The notes beneath the pieces were generated by a model that ran no database searches, was not told the DNA's origin, and saw only the letters and a list, made by a program, of their open reading frames with translations. Position numbers and translations under genes: made by a program. Source: Synechococcus sp. AG-676-F02 (GTDB lineage Bacteria; Cyanobacteriota; Cyanobacteriia; PCC-6307; Cyanobiaceae). From it: 64,000 nt of DNA. Positions 1 to 9,693 of this stretch are shown here, piece by piece. The DNA is taken from NCBI GenBank assembly GCA_003208975.1, contig QCTY01000001.1:10804-74803 (forward strand), read 5' to 3'. Positions within the stretch are counted from its first letter, which is position 1, and every line of letters begins with the position of its first letter.

Positions 1-2
1 CT

Positions 3-50
3 GCCTTGTCGGTCGAAGCGAAGGGGTTGAGCTTGCTGAAGGTGTGTTGA
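3..50 (+). CDS. 3' end of an upstream CDS entering from outside the window (partial)
   Basis: Frame 3 is open from the window edge (ALSVEAKGLSLLKVC*). Its TGA at 48-50 overlaps the ATG at 50 (TGATG coupling). Confidence 0.35.
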   Translation, partial: ALSVEAKGLSLLKVC

Positions 51-358
51 TGACCCATGTCCTCGAGGCTCTAACCAAAGTGTTCCCCTACGCGATGTAT
101 CGGCAGCAGTGGCCTGATCTGGTGGATCTTGATGATCGCTCCTTGATCGAGCATTATTGTCGATCGGGCATGCACCAGACGGTTGATCTTTCGGAGCAGG
201 TTGTTGTGCAGCGGGCACAGTCATTCCCAGCTTCTGAGTATGAAAAGCTACGTGTTCGTGTGAAGGAGTTGGAGCAGTTGTTGGCGGCCTCAACGGCTCG
301 GATCAGTGAGCTTCAACAGACTCTGCAGGCGTCTTTGTCTGAAAGTGTTGGCGAATGA
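50..358 (+). CDS. Small hypothetical protein: F-x3-Y-x3-(W/Y)PD...L-x-HY-x3-G motif plus C-terminal coiled coil
   Basis: VFPYAMYRQQWPDLVDLDDRSLIEHYCRSG followed by heptad-like YEKLRVRVKELEQLLAASTARISELQQTLQ. Stop overlaps the next ATG (ATGA at 355-358). Confidence 0.7.
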   Translation: MTHVLEALTKVFPYAMYRQQWPDLVDLDDRSLIEHYCRSGMHQTVDLSEQVVVQRAQSFPASEYEKLRVRVKELEQLLAASTARISELQQTLQASLSESVGE

Positions 359-1671
359 CGAGCTCTGCTTCGGTGATCGCGGCGGATTTAATCAACGATT
401 ACATCGATGGCCGTTGGGACCGGATCGATGCCTTGAATCAGAAACAACTTTCGTCAGCGATCAACCGAGATATTCCGTCTATTCTTGATCTACTGGCGTA
501 CTTGTCTCCGGGCCGGGTGTTGGCCGACGCGACGCAAACGAGCCCAGTGGGAATAGGAGGCTTCGCTCCATCCCAGCAAGTGCTAATCAGCACCTGCCGT
601 GGGCAACTTCTTCAAGTCCTTGCGTCGTTGTCCATGGGAGATACAGCTCAGGCCAAGGCATCGAGCACGGCATTTTGTGCATCGCTGTCGTCTCTTTTGG
701 ACGATGACACTCGGGAGATGAAGAGTCCGCGAGTTGTTCTACGGCTGGTTGGGCCTGCCAAACTTTGCCGATCGTTGCGTTTCTTTCAGCTTGGACGCAT
801 CCATCAGCTGGCAGGTGATCTCCCAGCACGGATGACGATGGTGCTGGGAATGCATCGCAGCGGAACCTCGGCGCTCTCTGGAATGTTGCAGGCCGCTGGT
901 TTGCAGGCGCCTTGCGATGTTCTGGGTGCTTCAGCTGGCAATCCCTTGGGGTATTGGGAATCGAGGCGTCTTGTTGGTTTAACGGATCGTTTTCTCAACA
1001 GCTTGGGGTGTTCCTGGTCGCAGCTGTTTCTCGCCCCGCGCTGCTGGATGCACGATGAGACGACCACGGAATGGGTGGAGGAGTATCTCAATGCCATGGC
1101 CCAATGTTTCGACAGTGATCAACACATCGTTCTTAAGGATCCTCGGCTCTGTCTCATGCTGTCACCACTGTGTTCGGCCTGGTTTGGAGCGGATGTGGTG
1201 GTGGATTACCTACTGATGTTGCGCTCTCCCATTGAAGTCATTTCCTCTCTGACTGCAATCCATCCGATCAGTCCGTTGGATGCCCTCTGTCTCTGGATTG
1301 CATCGGTGTTGGATTCCGAGCGTCAGACGAGGCATCTCCCGCGACGTGTAGTCGCCTTCCCGGAGTTGCTCAGTGCTCCGCAGGATGTGCTCTCCCGTTG
1401 CCGTTCCTTGTGGGGGCCTTCATTTAATGAGATCAACGATGAGTCACCACTTGCCATGATTGATGGCTCTTTGCATCGCCAAAAGGCTCTTCAGGTCAGA
1501 GAGCAGGTTCTCTCTCAGGTTCCTCAGCTCGACCACCTACTTGATTTTGCGGAGCTTGTCTATGACGCTCTAATGCATGTCGATCGACACGACGGTCCTG
1601 GGCAGTTGGATGGGTTGAACCAGGTATGGAGCTGTGAACGTGATCAGCTGATTCAATCATCTTTGGCTTGA
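355..1671 (+). CDS. Sulfotransferase family protein (PAPS-dependent) with uncharacterised N-terminal domain
   Basis: 5'-PSB loop VLGMHRSGTSAL, GNPLGYWE, LKDPRLC and LRSP motifs typical of polysaccharide-locus sulfotransferases. Confidence 0.85.
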   Translation: MTSSASVIAADLINDYIDGRWDRIDALNQKQLSSAINRDIPSILDLLAYLSPGRVLADATQTSPVGIGGFAPSQQVLISTCRGQLLQVLASLSMGDTAQAKASSTAFCASLSSLLDDDTREMKSPRVVLRLVGPAKLCRSLRFFQLGRIHQLAGDLPARMTMVLGMHRSGTSALSGMLQAAGLQAPCDVLGASAGNPLGYWESRRLVGLTDRFLNSLGCSWSQLFLAPRCWMHDETTTEWVEEYLNAMAQCFDSDQHIVLKDPRLCLMLSPLCSAWFGADVVVDYLLMLRSPIEVISSLTAIHPISPLDALCLWIASVLDSERQTRHLPRRVVAFPELLSAPQDVLSRCRSLWGPSFNEINDESPLAMIDGSLHRQKALQVREQVLSQVPQLDHLLDFAELVYDALMHVDRHDGPGQLDGLNQVWSCERDQLIQSSLA

Positions 1672-4032
1672 TTTGTTGCGCAGGTAATAGTGAGCTTGGC
1701 TGGTTTTTCTGTGTTGCTCTCGTAAGCCATCTCGGACGTTCTCAAGTTCTTTGTTGATTGTGAAATTCTCATGTATTCCGGTCAGATTTGGATTGTAGAA
1801 CAGATCAGTTGGAAGTTTTCCTTTGTTGAAAACGTCATATTGATTCAACATGAAGGTGATTTCTTTGAGGAAACGCTGCTGCTTTTTGGCCGTATCTTCA
1901 GTTCCGCGTGAGATGGACTCGTGGTGATACAAACAGGCATAAGGGGTGAAAAGATTGCGATACCCCCGGCTATGAACGCGCAAGCAGAAATCCACGTCGT
2001 TGAAGGCAATATGTAGATCCTTCTCATTCAGTCCGCCCACTTCGTCGTAGATTCGCCGTTCAACTAGCAAGCATGCTGCTGTCACGGCAGACATCTGTTG
2101 GGTGTGTATCAGCCTGTCCACATAGCCGGAGCTTGATCGTGGAAAGTACTTGTGTGCATGGCCGGCCACCTCGCCGATGCCGATGATGACTCCACCGTGT
2201 TGGATGGTGTCATTGGAGTAGAACAACTTCGCTCCCACGCAGCCAACACCTGGCCTGATGCATTGGGAGACCATCTCCTTGAGCCAGTCTGAGTGAATGG
2301 CCTCCACATCATTGTTGATTAAACCGATGATGTCGGCATTGGACTTTTGTGCTGCATGGTTGTTGATGGCGGAGTAATTGAACGGTTTGTTGTGCGCCCT
2401 GATGCGGATTTTGTTGGGGTGATTCCGTTTCAGCTCACGAAAAAACTCATGGGTTTCTGGTTCAATACTCTGGTTGTCAACAATCGTGATGCTGTAGTTG
2501 TCGTAATCGGTGAGCTGCAGGATTGATTTAATGGCGAGCTTCAGGATCTCTACTTTGTCTCGTGTTGGGATGATCAACTCCACCGATGGTTGTTGTTCTG
2601 GCAAGGGCCATTGGCAGCGAAACCGATTGGAACCAACGCTGGTGGCGACAGCGGACTCTTCTCCACTGTTTGTTTCATGGTTCAGGAACTCCTGGACAGC
2701 CCGAAGACCACGTTTGGTTGTGTAATCCTTACTGCCGGGATCGATGGCTGTGGAGGCCTCATGCATCCGCCAGTGATACAGGACCCTCGGAATATGAACG
2801 ATCTGCTCGATGCCGGAATGTTGGACCACGCGCAAAGCTAAGTCGTGATCCTGGCTCCCCTCCAAACCGATGCGAAACCCACCAACTGAGCGAACGGTTT
2901 CGGTGCGATATACCCCGAGATGGGAGATGAAGTTGTAAGCCAGCAGGAGATCAATGTTGAACGATGGTTTGAAGTGAGGTGATGATCGTCGTCCAGATTC
3001 GTCAATTTTGTCCTCATCGCTGTAAACAAGATTGGAGTAAGGCCTCAGCTGCAGCTCCCGTGCAACCCAGTACAGCGCGTCATCTGCCAGAGCATCGTCG
3101 TGGTCTACGAGAGCGATGAACTCTCCGGTAGCCAGGGCCAAGGCGTCATTACTGGATCGGCAGATGTGGCCGTTTTCTTGCCGGAACTTCAGTTTGATCC
3201 GTTCGTCCTGTTCGGCGTACTCGGTAAGGATTTCGCAGACATGGCTCTGACTGGAGCAGTCATCACAAATGCAGAGTTCCCAGTGGGGATAGGTCTGAGC
3301 ACAGATGCTGTCGAGACAGGCGCGCAGGTGATCTGACTGGGTGTTGTATGTGGGGATGAGAATGCTGATGGTCGGCGAATCAGGATTCATCGCCAGCCAC
3401 GACTTGATTTGCTCGCTGGAGTGTTTCAGCTCCGGCTCAATCAACTCCAGATAATGCGAATACTCAGGATCGGCATTTCGTTCGGATTGTGTTGATGCTG
3501 TTCTGCTTTTTCTTTGGGGTCTGAGGCGTTTACCGCTGAGTAATTGTTCGAAACGTTGACGCATTTCCACTGTCTTGCGCTCGGAGTCGCTTTTGCCAAC
3601 GGGAGGAGACTCTGCTGTCCAGTTCGTCCACTGCCGCAGCAGCTGCAGGCTGGCTACTGGATCGCTGGGCAGTACCGACCAGGTTGCCTGGAATGCACCG
3701 GGGCTCCTGGTGGGATGGATACGGATACGGCTGCGCTGTGCGAGTTGCAGTGGCAGTGTCAGACAAGCCCCAGGGCTGGCGGTGATGATGCGGAAGCCAC
3801 TGGTTGATGTGTTGCCTCCGCCGACGGGTTCGATCGAAATGGAGGCTTCATTGTCTGGATCGTCGTTCTCGACGGAGAGGCGCAGGGTGTAGGTCCCGCG
3901 GGGGAGCCCCTTTCGAGTGATCAGACAAGCGTCGGAAGTCTCGCTGTGGAAGCGGTCATTGCCCAGATAACGGATGTTGCTGCGCAACCAGTCCTGGGCC
4001 ACCGAATTCCGGTGAGAGCGACTCAGACTCAT
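1657..4032 (-). CDS. Glycosyltransferase family 2 with two GT-A domains (probable rhamnosyltransferase/polymerase) and an N-terminal accessory domain
   Basis: ISILIPTYNT..DDCS..VDHDD..YSDEDK..QDHDL and VELIIPTRDK..VDNQS..NNDVE..FNDVDFCL..HHESISRG. ATG at 4032 overlaps the rfbB stop. Confidence 0.9.
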   Translation of the reverse strand: MSLSRSHRNSVAQDWLRSNIRYLGNDRFHSETSDACLITRKGLPRGTYTLRLSVENDDPDNEASISIEPVGGGNTSTSGFRIITASPGACLTLPLQLAQRSRIRIHPTRSPGAFQATWSVLPSDPVASLQLLRQWTNWTAESPPVGKSDSERKTVEMRQRFEQLLSGKRLRPQRKSRTASTQSERNADPEYSHYLELIEPELKHSSEQIKSWLAMNPDSPTISILIPTYNTQSDHLRACLDSICAQTYPHWELCICDDCSSQSHVCEILTEYAEQDERIKLKFRQENGHICRSSNDALALATGEFIALVDHDDALADDALYWVARELQLRPYSNLVYSDEDKIDESGRRSSPHFKPSFNIDLLLAYNFISHLGVYRTETVRSVGGFRIGLEGSQDHDLALRVVQHSGIEQIVHIPRVLYHWRMHEASTAIDPGSKDYTTKRGLRAVQEFLNHETNSGEESAVATSVGSNRFRCQWPLPEQQPSVELIIPTRDKVEILKLAIKSILQLTDYDNYSITIVDNQSIEPETHEFFRELKRNHPNKIRIRAHNKPFNYSAINNHAAQKSNADIIGLINNDVEAIHSDWLKEMVSQCIRPGVGCVGAKLFYSNDTIQHGGVIIGIGEVAGHAHKYFPRSSSGYVDRLIHTQQMSAVTAACLLVERRIYDEVGGLNEKDLHIAFNDVDFCLRVHSRGYRNLFTPYACLYHHESISRGTEDTAKKQQRFLKEITFMLNQYDVFNKGKLPTDLFYNPNLTGIHENFTINKELENVRDGLREQHRKTSQAHYYLRNKSSQR

Positions 4033-5102
4033 CAGCTGCTGCTGATCCAGCTTTGGTGCTCGAGATACCACCGAACTGTGGCTTCAATCGCTGAGGAGAA
4101 GTCATGCCGTGGAGCCCAACCCAGCTCGGTCTCAATCCGGCTTGGATCAATGGCGTAGCGCCTGTCATGGCCAGGACGGTCTGTGACCATCTGGATCAGG
4201 TTCTTGTGAGGGGCCTGAGCGGGAATGAAGTGATCAAGATGAGAGCAGATGCACTCCACAACCTCACGGTTGGTTCGTTCGCCATGCCCCCCAACGCAAT
4301 AGCTACGGCCGGATTCTCCTCTGCAAGCCGCAAGAAGGAGGGCATCCACATGATCCTCCACGTACAACCAATCGCGCACGTTGAGCCCATCGCCATACAA
4401 AGGAATTGGTTCTCCCGCTGCTGCTTTGAGAGTGACCACCGGAATCAGTTTTTCCGGAAATTGCCAGGGACCGTAGTTGTTGGAGCAGTTGGTTAAAATC
4501 ACAGGCAGGTCGAAAGTGTGATGCCACGCGCTCACTAGATGATCACTGGCCGCCTTGCTCGATGAATAGGGACTGCGGGGGTCGTAGGGAGTGGTCTCGC
4601 AGAAGCGCCCTTCCGCTCCCAATGACCCGAAGACTTCATCCGTGCTGATGTGATGGAGTCGAAACTGGGTTTGGCGTTCGCCGCTGAGACCTTCGTGGTG
4701 AGCCCGCACAGCCTGCAGAAGGTTGTAGGTGCCGGTCACATTGCTTTCAATGAACACGCCAGGGCCAGCGATCGATCGATCGACATGGCTCTCCGCTGCC
4801 AGATGCATCACCAGATCTGGATCCGCCATTTGAACGGCGTCGCGAACTGCATCGGCATTGGCCAGGTCAACCTTCAGCAGTTGGTGCCGATCGGCTTGAT
4901 CGGATCCAAGGGTGGTCAGCTCCTCCTCAATCGATGTGAGGTCGCTGGCGTAGCCCATCTTGTCGAGGTTGAACACGATGACGTCGCTTTCCCGCAGTAA
5001 TCGACGCACCACCGCTCCCCCGATGAAGCCCGCCCCGCCTGTTACAAGAATGCGTCGGCGTGATCCGACCAAGTCAGCGGCGTTTGGCAGGGAAGCGGTC
5101 AT
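4032..5102 (-). CDS. rfbB: dTDP-glucose 4,6-dehydratase
   Basis: TGGAGFIG, HLAAESHVDRSI, HISTDEVFG, YSSSK, DRPGHDRRYAID. Confidence 0.97.
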   Translation of the reverse strand: MTASLPNAADLVGSRRRILVTGGAGFIGGAVVRRLLRESDVIVFNLDKMGYASDLTSIEEELTTLGSDQADRHQLLKVDLANADAVRDAVQMADPDLVMHLAAESHVDRSIAGPGVFIESNVTGTYNLLQAVRAHHEGLSGERQTQFRLHHISTDEVFGSLGAEGRFCETTPYDPRSPYSSSKAASDHLVSAWHHTFDLPVILTNCSNNYGPWQFPEKLIPVVTLKAAAGEPIPLYGDGLNVRDWLYVEDHVDALLLAACRGESGRSYCVGGHGERTNREVVECICSHLDHFIPAQAPHKNLIQMVTDRPGHDRRYAIDPSRIETELGWAPRHDFSSAIEATVRWYLEHQSWISSS

Positions 5103-5139
5103 GGCTGGGACGTTTGGAAGGGCATTGCGGCTATCGAAT

Positions 5140-6042
5140 TCAGTCCTGGATGCTTGTCAGCACATTTCGTAGGGCCGAGCGCCAGTGCTGGCCATTCCGC
5201 TCAAGTACTTGGCGGGTCTGGCTGCAATCCAGCAGGGAATAGCCAGGCCGTGTTGCGGGGGTGGGGTAGTCCGCCGTGGTGATCGGATTCACTGCGGCTG
5301 GATGTTCGATCAATCCCAGCTCAACGCCCAATTGCCCCACCGCGACCGCCACGTCATACCAACTGGCGGCTCCGGCATCACTCCAGTGCAGCACCGATGG
5401 AAGCTTGATGCCCTCGCTGTTGCGTTGAATCGTTTGCCAGCAGGCGGCGGCCAAATTCAGCGTGCTGCTTGGACATCCCACCTGATCAGCAACCACGCCA
5501 AGTGCATTTTTTTCGCGGTGCAACCTCAGCATCGTGAGGGCAAAATTGCGGCCCACCGGCCCGATCACCCAGCTGGTGCGGAGGATGATCCCATCCCCTT
5601 CACTCCCAAACGCTGCCTCCACGGCCTCCTCGCCTCGGGCTTTGCTAAGGCCGTAGATGCTCAGAGGGGCTCGGGGCTGATCGGTGCGATACGGGCTCCC
5701 TTGTTGACCGTCGAAGACAAAATCTGTGCTCAGCTGGAGCAGCCGACCACCCTGTTGCATGAGGGCAGCAGAAAAGGCCTCTGGCGCTCCAGCATTCACA
5801 GCCTCCGCCAGCTCGGGCTCCGATTCCGCCTTGTCCACAGCCGTGTAAGCCCCGGCATTCAGCACCCAATCGGGCTGATACTCCTCCACAGCCGCCCGAC
5901 AGGCAGAGGCATTGGCTAAATCCAAGGCTTGCTGGCCAGGTCCCCCGTTGCGGCTGGTGGCCATCAGCTCCAGGCCTTGCGGGGCAGAGGCAATCAGCGC
6001 CTGTCCCAGCTGGCCAGCAGCACCTGTCAGCAACACCTTCAT
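5140..6042 (-). CDS. rfbD: dTDP-4-dehydrorhamnose reductase
   Basis: TGAAGQLG, AYTAVDKAESE, STDFVFDG, YGLSK, LRTSWV, DQVGCP. Confidence 0.96.
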   Translation of the reverse strand: MKVLLTGAAGQLGQALIASAPQGLELMATSRNGGPGQQALDLANASACRAAVEEYQPDWVLNAGAYTAVDKAESEPELAEAVNAGAPEAFSAALMQQGGRLLQLSTDFVFDGQQGSPYRTDQPRAPLSIYGLSKARGEEAVEAAFGSEGDGIILRTSWVIGPVGRNFALTMLRLHREKNALGVVADQVGCPSSTLNLAAACWQTIQRNSEGIKLPSVLHWSDAGAASWYDVAVAVGQLGVELGLIEHPAAVNPITTADYPTPATRPGYSLLDCSQTRQVLERNGQHWRSALRNVLTSIQD

Positions 6043-6629
6043 GCGAACACATCCCCTGCTGCAGTTGTTGCCTTGAACCCAGATGCTGCTGCATCTTTGC
6101 CCGACAGGCTCACTGCCATTCCTCTCAGTCGCTTCAACGGCCAGGCGATCCCGATCTCAGAATCATTCCAAACAATCGCCCGCTCGCAGTCCTTGTTCCA
6201 GAAGCCCCGGGCTTTGTACTGCACTTCTGCGACGTCGCTCAGGGTTAGAAATCCATGGGCAAACCCCTCCGGAACCCAGAGTTGAAACCTGTTGTCCGCA
6301 GTTAGTTCTGCCCCCACCCACTGGCCGAATGTGGGCGAGCTCTGGCGAATGTCCACCACTACATCAAAAATTGAGCCAAGGCTGGCCCGCACAAGCTTGG
6401 CCTGGGGCTCCGGCGCCAATTGATAGTGCAGCCCGCGCAGAACACCCTGAACCGACCGGGAGTGGTTGTCCTGGGAGAACACCACGGCCTCTCCCACAGC
6501 ATCATCAAACTTGCGCTGATTCCAGCTCTCGTAAAACCAGCCACGGTCGTCCCCGAAAGCAGGCGGAGTGATCAGAAGGGGGCCATCGATCACCTGCCCA
6601 TGCACCGTCCTCAGCTGATCAAACTGCAT
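6039..6629 (-). CDS. rfbC: dTDP-4-dehydrorhamnose 3,5-epimerase
   Basis: [35 protein letters not shown]. Start taken at MQFDQ. Confidence 0.96.
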   Translation of the reverse strand: MQFDQLRTVHGQVIDGPLLITPPAFGDDRGWFYESWNQRKFDDAVGEAVVFSQDNHSRSVQGVLRGLHYQLAPEPQAKLVRASLGSIFDVVVDIRQSSPTFGQWVGAELTADNRFQLWVPEGFAHGFLTLSDVAEVQYKARGFWNKDCERAIVWNDSEIGIAWPLKRLRGMAVSLSGKDAAASGFKATTAAGDVFA

Positions 6630-7560
6630 GACTTGGCACCTCAAGACTGCTCTGCAGCGCTGCATGGTCGCTGCTGCTCTCTTCCAGCAGCTGCTGGAGA
6701 TAGGTGCCGTAGCCGCTTTTCTTCAGCGGTTGCGCCAGTTTTTCGAGTTGTTCGGCATTGATCCACCCCTGCCGCCAGGCCACTTCCTCGGGACAACCAA
6801 CCTTGAGGCCCTGCCGGTGCTCCAGGGTGCGGATATAACTCGCCGCGTCGTTGAGCGAGTCGCAGGTGCCCGTGTCCAGCCAGGCCATGCCACGACCCAT
6901 CAGTTCGACTTGGAGGAGTCCGTCTTCCAGGTACATCTGATTGAGGTCGGTGATCTCAAGTTCTCCCCGCGCTGACGGCTTCACCTGACGGGCTCGTTCC
7001 ACTACGGATGCGTCGTAGAAATACAAACCGGTGACGGCGTAACGGCTTTTGGGAACGCTGGGTTTTTCCTCCAGGCTGAGAACCTTGCCGCTTGCATCGA
7101 ACTCCGCTACTCCATACCGCTCTGGATCGCTGACCGGATAGGCGAAAACCGTCGCGCCTCCATCCCGTCCATCACTGCTCACCAGTTGCGGTACCAGATC
7201 ATGGCCGTGGAAAAGGTTGTCCCCCAGCACTAGTGCTGCGGGGGCTCCGCCGAGAAAGTCCGCGCCGATCAGAAAAGCCTGGGCCAAGCCATCAGGGTTC
7301 GGTTGCACCGCATACTCAATCCTCATTCCCCAGCGGCTGCCGTCTCCCAGCAACCGTTCAAACGCCTCCTGATCGTGGGGCGTGGTGATGATCAGCACCT
7401 CGTTGATCCCCGCCAGCATCAAGGTGCTCAGCGGGTAGTAGATCATTGGCTTGTCGTAAACGGGCAGCAATTGCTTGCTCACCGCTTGGGTAATCGGATG
7501 GAGCCTGGTGCCGCTGCCTCCGGCAAGGATGATTCCTCTGCGTTTTGAAGCTGGCCGCAT
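6619..7560 (-). CDS. rfbA: Glucose-1-phosphate thymidylyltransferase
   Basis: [51 protein letters not shown]. Confidence 0.98.
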   Translation of the reverse strand: MRPASKRRGIILAGGSGTRLHPITQAVSKQLLPVYDKPMIYYPLSTLMLAGINEVLIITTPHDQEAFERLLGDGSRWGMRIEYAVQPNPDGLAQAFLIGADFLGGAPAALVLGDNLFHGHDLVPQLVSSDGRDGGATVFAYPVSDPERYGVAEFDASGKVLSLEEKPSVPKSRYAVTGLYFYDASVVERARQVKPSARGELEITDLNQMYLEDGLLQVELMGRGMAWLDTGTCDSLNDAASYIRTLEHRQGLKVGCPEEVAWRQGWINAEQLEKLAQPLKKSGYGTYLQQLLEESSSDHAALQSSLEVPSHAV

Positions 7561-7615
7561 CCGACAGCTGTTACTGAGGGTTATTCGAACATGAACGTCT
7601 GATCAGACCCTGAAT

Positions 7616-8134
7616 TCAGTGCCAGTCGAGCCACGGCAGGTTCGGGATGATCGCTGCAGTGCTGCGTCGGTAGGCGCTGTAATCCGGATGAAGTGTGAGC
7701 AGGATTCGCTCTTCTCGACGGGCTTTCCCCCCCAGAACCAGCACGAGAAGCAGGAACAGCAGCAGATGCAGCAGGCTGCCCACCCCAATCACAACGCCGA
7801 GGGAGCACAACAGAACGGCCTGGTACATGGGATGTCTGCAGCGGTTGTAAGCACCGCTGCAAACGAGTCGGTTGCCTTGTTTCGGTTCCGGGAGCGGAGA
7901 CAGGCTCGATCCAAGGGAGAGAAAGGCCTGGATTGCCAGGCACAAACCAGCGAGCCCCAACAAGGCACCCAGCAGATTGAGCTGCCAAGGCCAGTTTGGG
8001 ATACCCAGTGAAGACGTCTGCGGCCATGCGGGCAGCAGATGTGCGCCAATCAAAAACAACTGACCCATCAGCCACCATTCGCCGGATCGGTTGTCCAACC
8101 ATCCACCCCAGCTGAGACCCCAGCCTGAGAACAT
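7616..8134 (-). CDS. Isoprenylcysteine carboxyl methyltransferase / PEMT-family membrane protein
   Basis: Hydrophobic helices, SPLPEP..LV..GAY..CRHPMY and EE..L...HPDY..Y motifs. Confidence 0.85.
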   Translation of the reverse strand: MFSGWGLSWGGWLDNRSGEWWLMGQLFLIGAHLLPAWPQTSSLGIPNWPWQLNLLGALLGLAGLCLAIQAFLSLGSSLSPLPEPKQGNRLVCSGAYNRCRHPMYQAVLLCSLGVVIGVGSLLHLLLFLLLVLVLGGKARREERILLTLHPDYSAYRRSTAAIIPNLPWLDWH

Positions 8135-8656
8135 CACTCCATTACCACCAATGTCCGGACCTTACGTTGCTCGATCAGGCTGGCCAGCTTCAGTATCTCT
8201 TCGCTGTGAATCAAACCCACGCAGCCCAATGTGCCGCTGTTTGCATTGCGGTTAGCTCTGGGATCGAGGTGGATCCCAAGGTGTCTACGAACTGTTGGGA
8301 AACGCGGCTCAAGTCCGATCCAGACCGGGCCGAGTTCGGCTGGATTATGGGGGCCGACGCTGTATCTGCCAGGTGGCAGCGGAGCGCGGGTGCCCGCACG
8401 GTGCCGATCAGCGTTCTGCCTGTGGGCTCGTCCGGTGACTGTCTCGAAGTCAACGCCATCCGATCCTGGGGTTTGCAGCTCGAGATTCCAAATCGGATCT
8501 CCTGTGAAGGGGAGTCGGCGGTCGGTACGGCTCAGCACCAGCTGTGATGCAGCAGCAGGTTGCGATGCAAGGTTCTGGGCTGAGGTCGGTGCCGCTGAAG
8601 CTGCGAGGAGCAGAACAAGGCTGAAAAAACGTGCTCCCTTATCTCAGTTCGACCAC
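8134..8656 (-). pseudogene. Secreted L,D-transpeptidase-fold (YkuD/Tlde1-like) protein with a frameshifted N-terminus
   Basis: PLPPGRY, LGIHLD...GTLGCVG (His...Cys). A signal-peptide-like KGARFFSLVLLLAASAAPTSA is in frame up to 8643, but the GTG at 8656 is one base out of frame. Confidence 0.55.
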
Positions 8657-8670
8657 TCAGTCGTTGCGGA

Positions 8671-9039
8671 TCAAAGCTCGTCCTGGATCAGTTGTCGTGC
8701 TGTTGCCTCGTCCAGTTCGCTCAGTCCGCAATGGATGTCGAGCTGGGGTTTGAGCAGCTCTGATGCCTTCCGCACCTGCGGGTTGCGAAGCACGGCGGGA
8801 TGGATCCCCAGTTCCCTCAGCGCAACGTTCATGGCCGCATCCGCCTGTTGGCGGTTGAGGTCACCTTGGTCGATCAGGCAGGTCCCGTTGGCCAGCGTTC
8901 CGGCGGCAAAGGCTCGGATGCTGCGAGCCAGTTCAATACGCGCCACTTTGCGCTTGACCGCGTCCGGCATGGGTTCAGCCAGGGCCTGAACGTTGCTGAT
9001 GGCACTGCAGGCCAACAGCACCATCAGCCAACGGGGCAT
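8671..9039 (-). CDS. Hypothetical exported protein
   Basis: Signal peptide MPRWLMVLLACSAISNVQA, two Cys in the mature part, co-oriented with neighbours. Confidence 0.7.
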   Translation of the reverse strand: MPRWLMVLLACSAISNVQALAEPMPDAVKRKVARIELARSIRAFAAGTLANGTCLIDQGDLNRQQADAAMNVALRELGIHPAVLRNPQVRKASELLKPQLDIHCGLSELDEATARQLIQDEL

Positions 9040-9097
9040 TCCACCGACACAGCTGCACCAGCTTGCCGCTGACTTCGCTGGTGTGCAGGCTCGCCTC

Positions 9098-9657
9098 TCA
9101 ATCAAGTCGCGGATAGCGATCGGCGATGGGATTGCCGGTGAAACGTGCAACCCAGCCTGCGCTCTTATTGAAGAACCGCAGTGCGCAGAACGAGGGTGCG
9201 GATCCCATGTCGAACCATTCCGGTGTGCCTGCTGGTACGTGGATCAGATCACCTCGCTCGCAGAGGACCAACAGAACTTCCTCGTTGATATGAAGACAGA
9301 ACAGCCCCTGACCCTCCACGAAGAAGCGGACTTCGTTTCGGAATGGATGTGTTCCTCCAAGAATTTGCTGCGGAGCGCTGTCCGTTCGGAATGATCCGGG
9401 TGGATGCGGATTGCATCGACCGTGACATAGCCCTCGGTGATCTGGATTCGGTTGATTTCATCGGCATAGATGCTGAGAATTTCAGCTTGATCGGCCCCTC
9501 GCGTCAGGCTTCGGCGGGTCGGCCACTGCTCAAAAGCGATTCCGCGAGCTCTCAGCTCACGCTGAATGGAAACAGGGTCGTTGCAGATGCGCTGGGGACG
9601 AGGCGTCTCCCCCCGGACCGCTTCGCTCTGGTCTGGAAAGATGCTCAAACGACTCAT
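9098..9657 (-). pseudogene. mtnD: Acireductone dioxygenase, frameshifted
   Basis: [31 protein letters not shown], then a 1-nt deletion at about 9336, then [37 protein letters not shown]. Confidence 0.85.
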
Positions 9658-9693
9658 CGACCTGATCCATGAGGGAGCTCTCCGCTGTCCATC

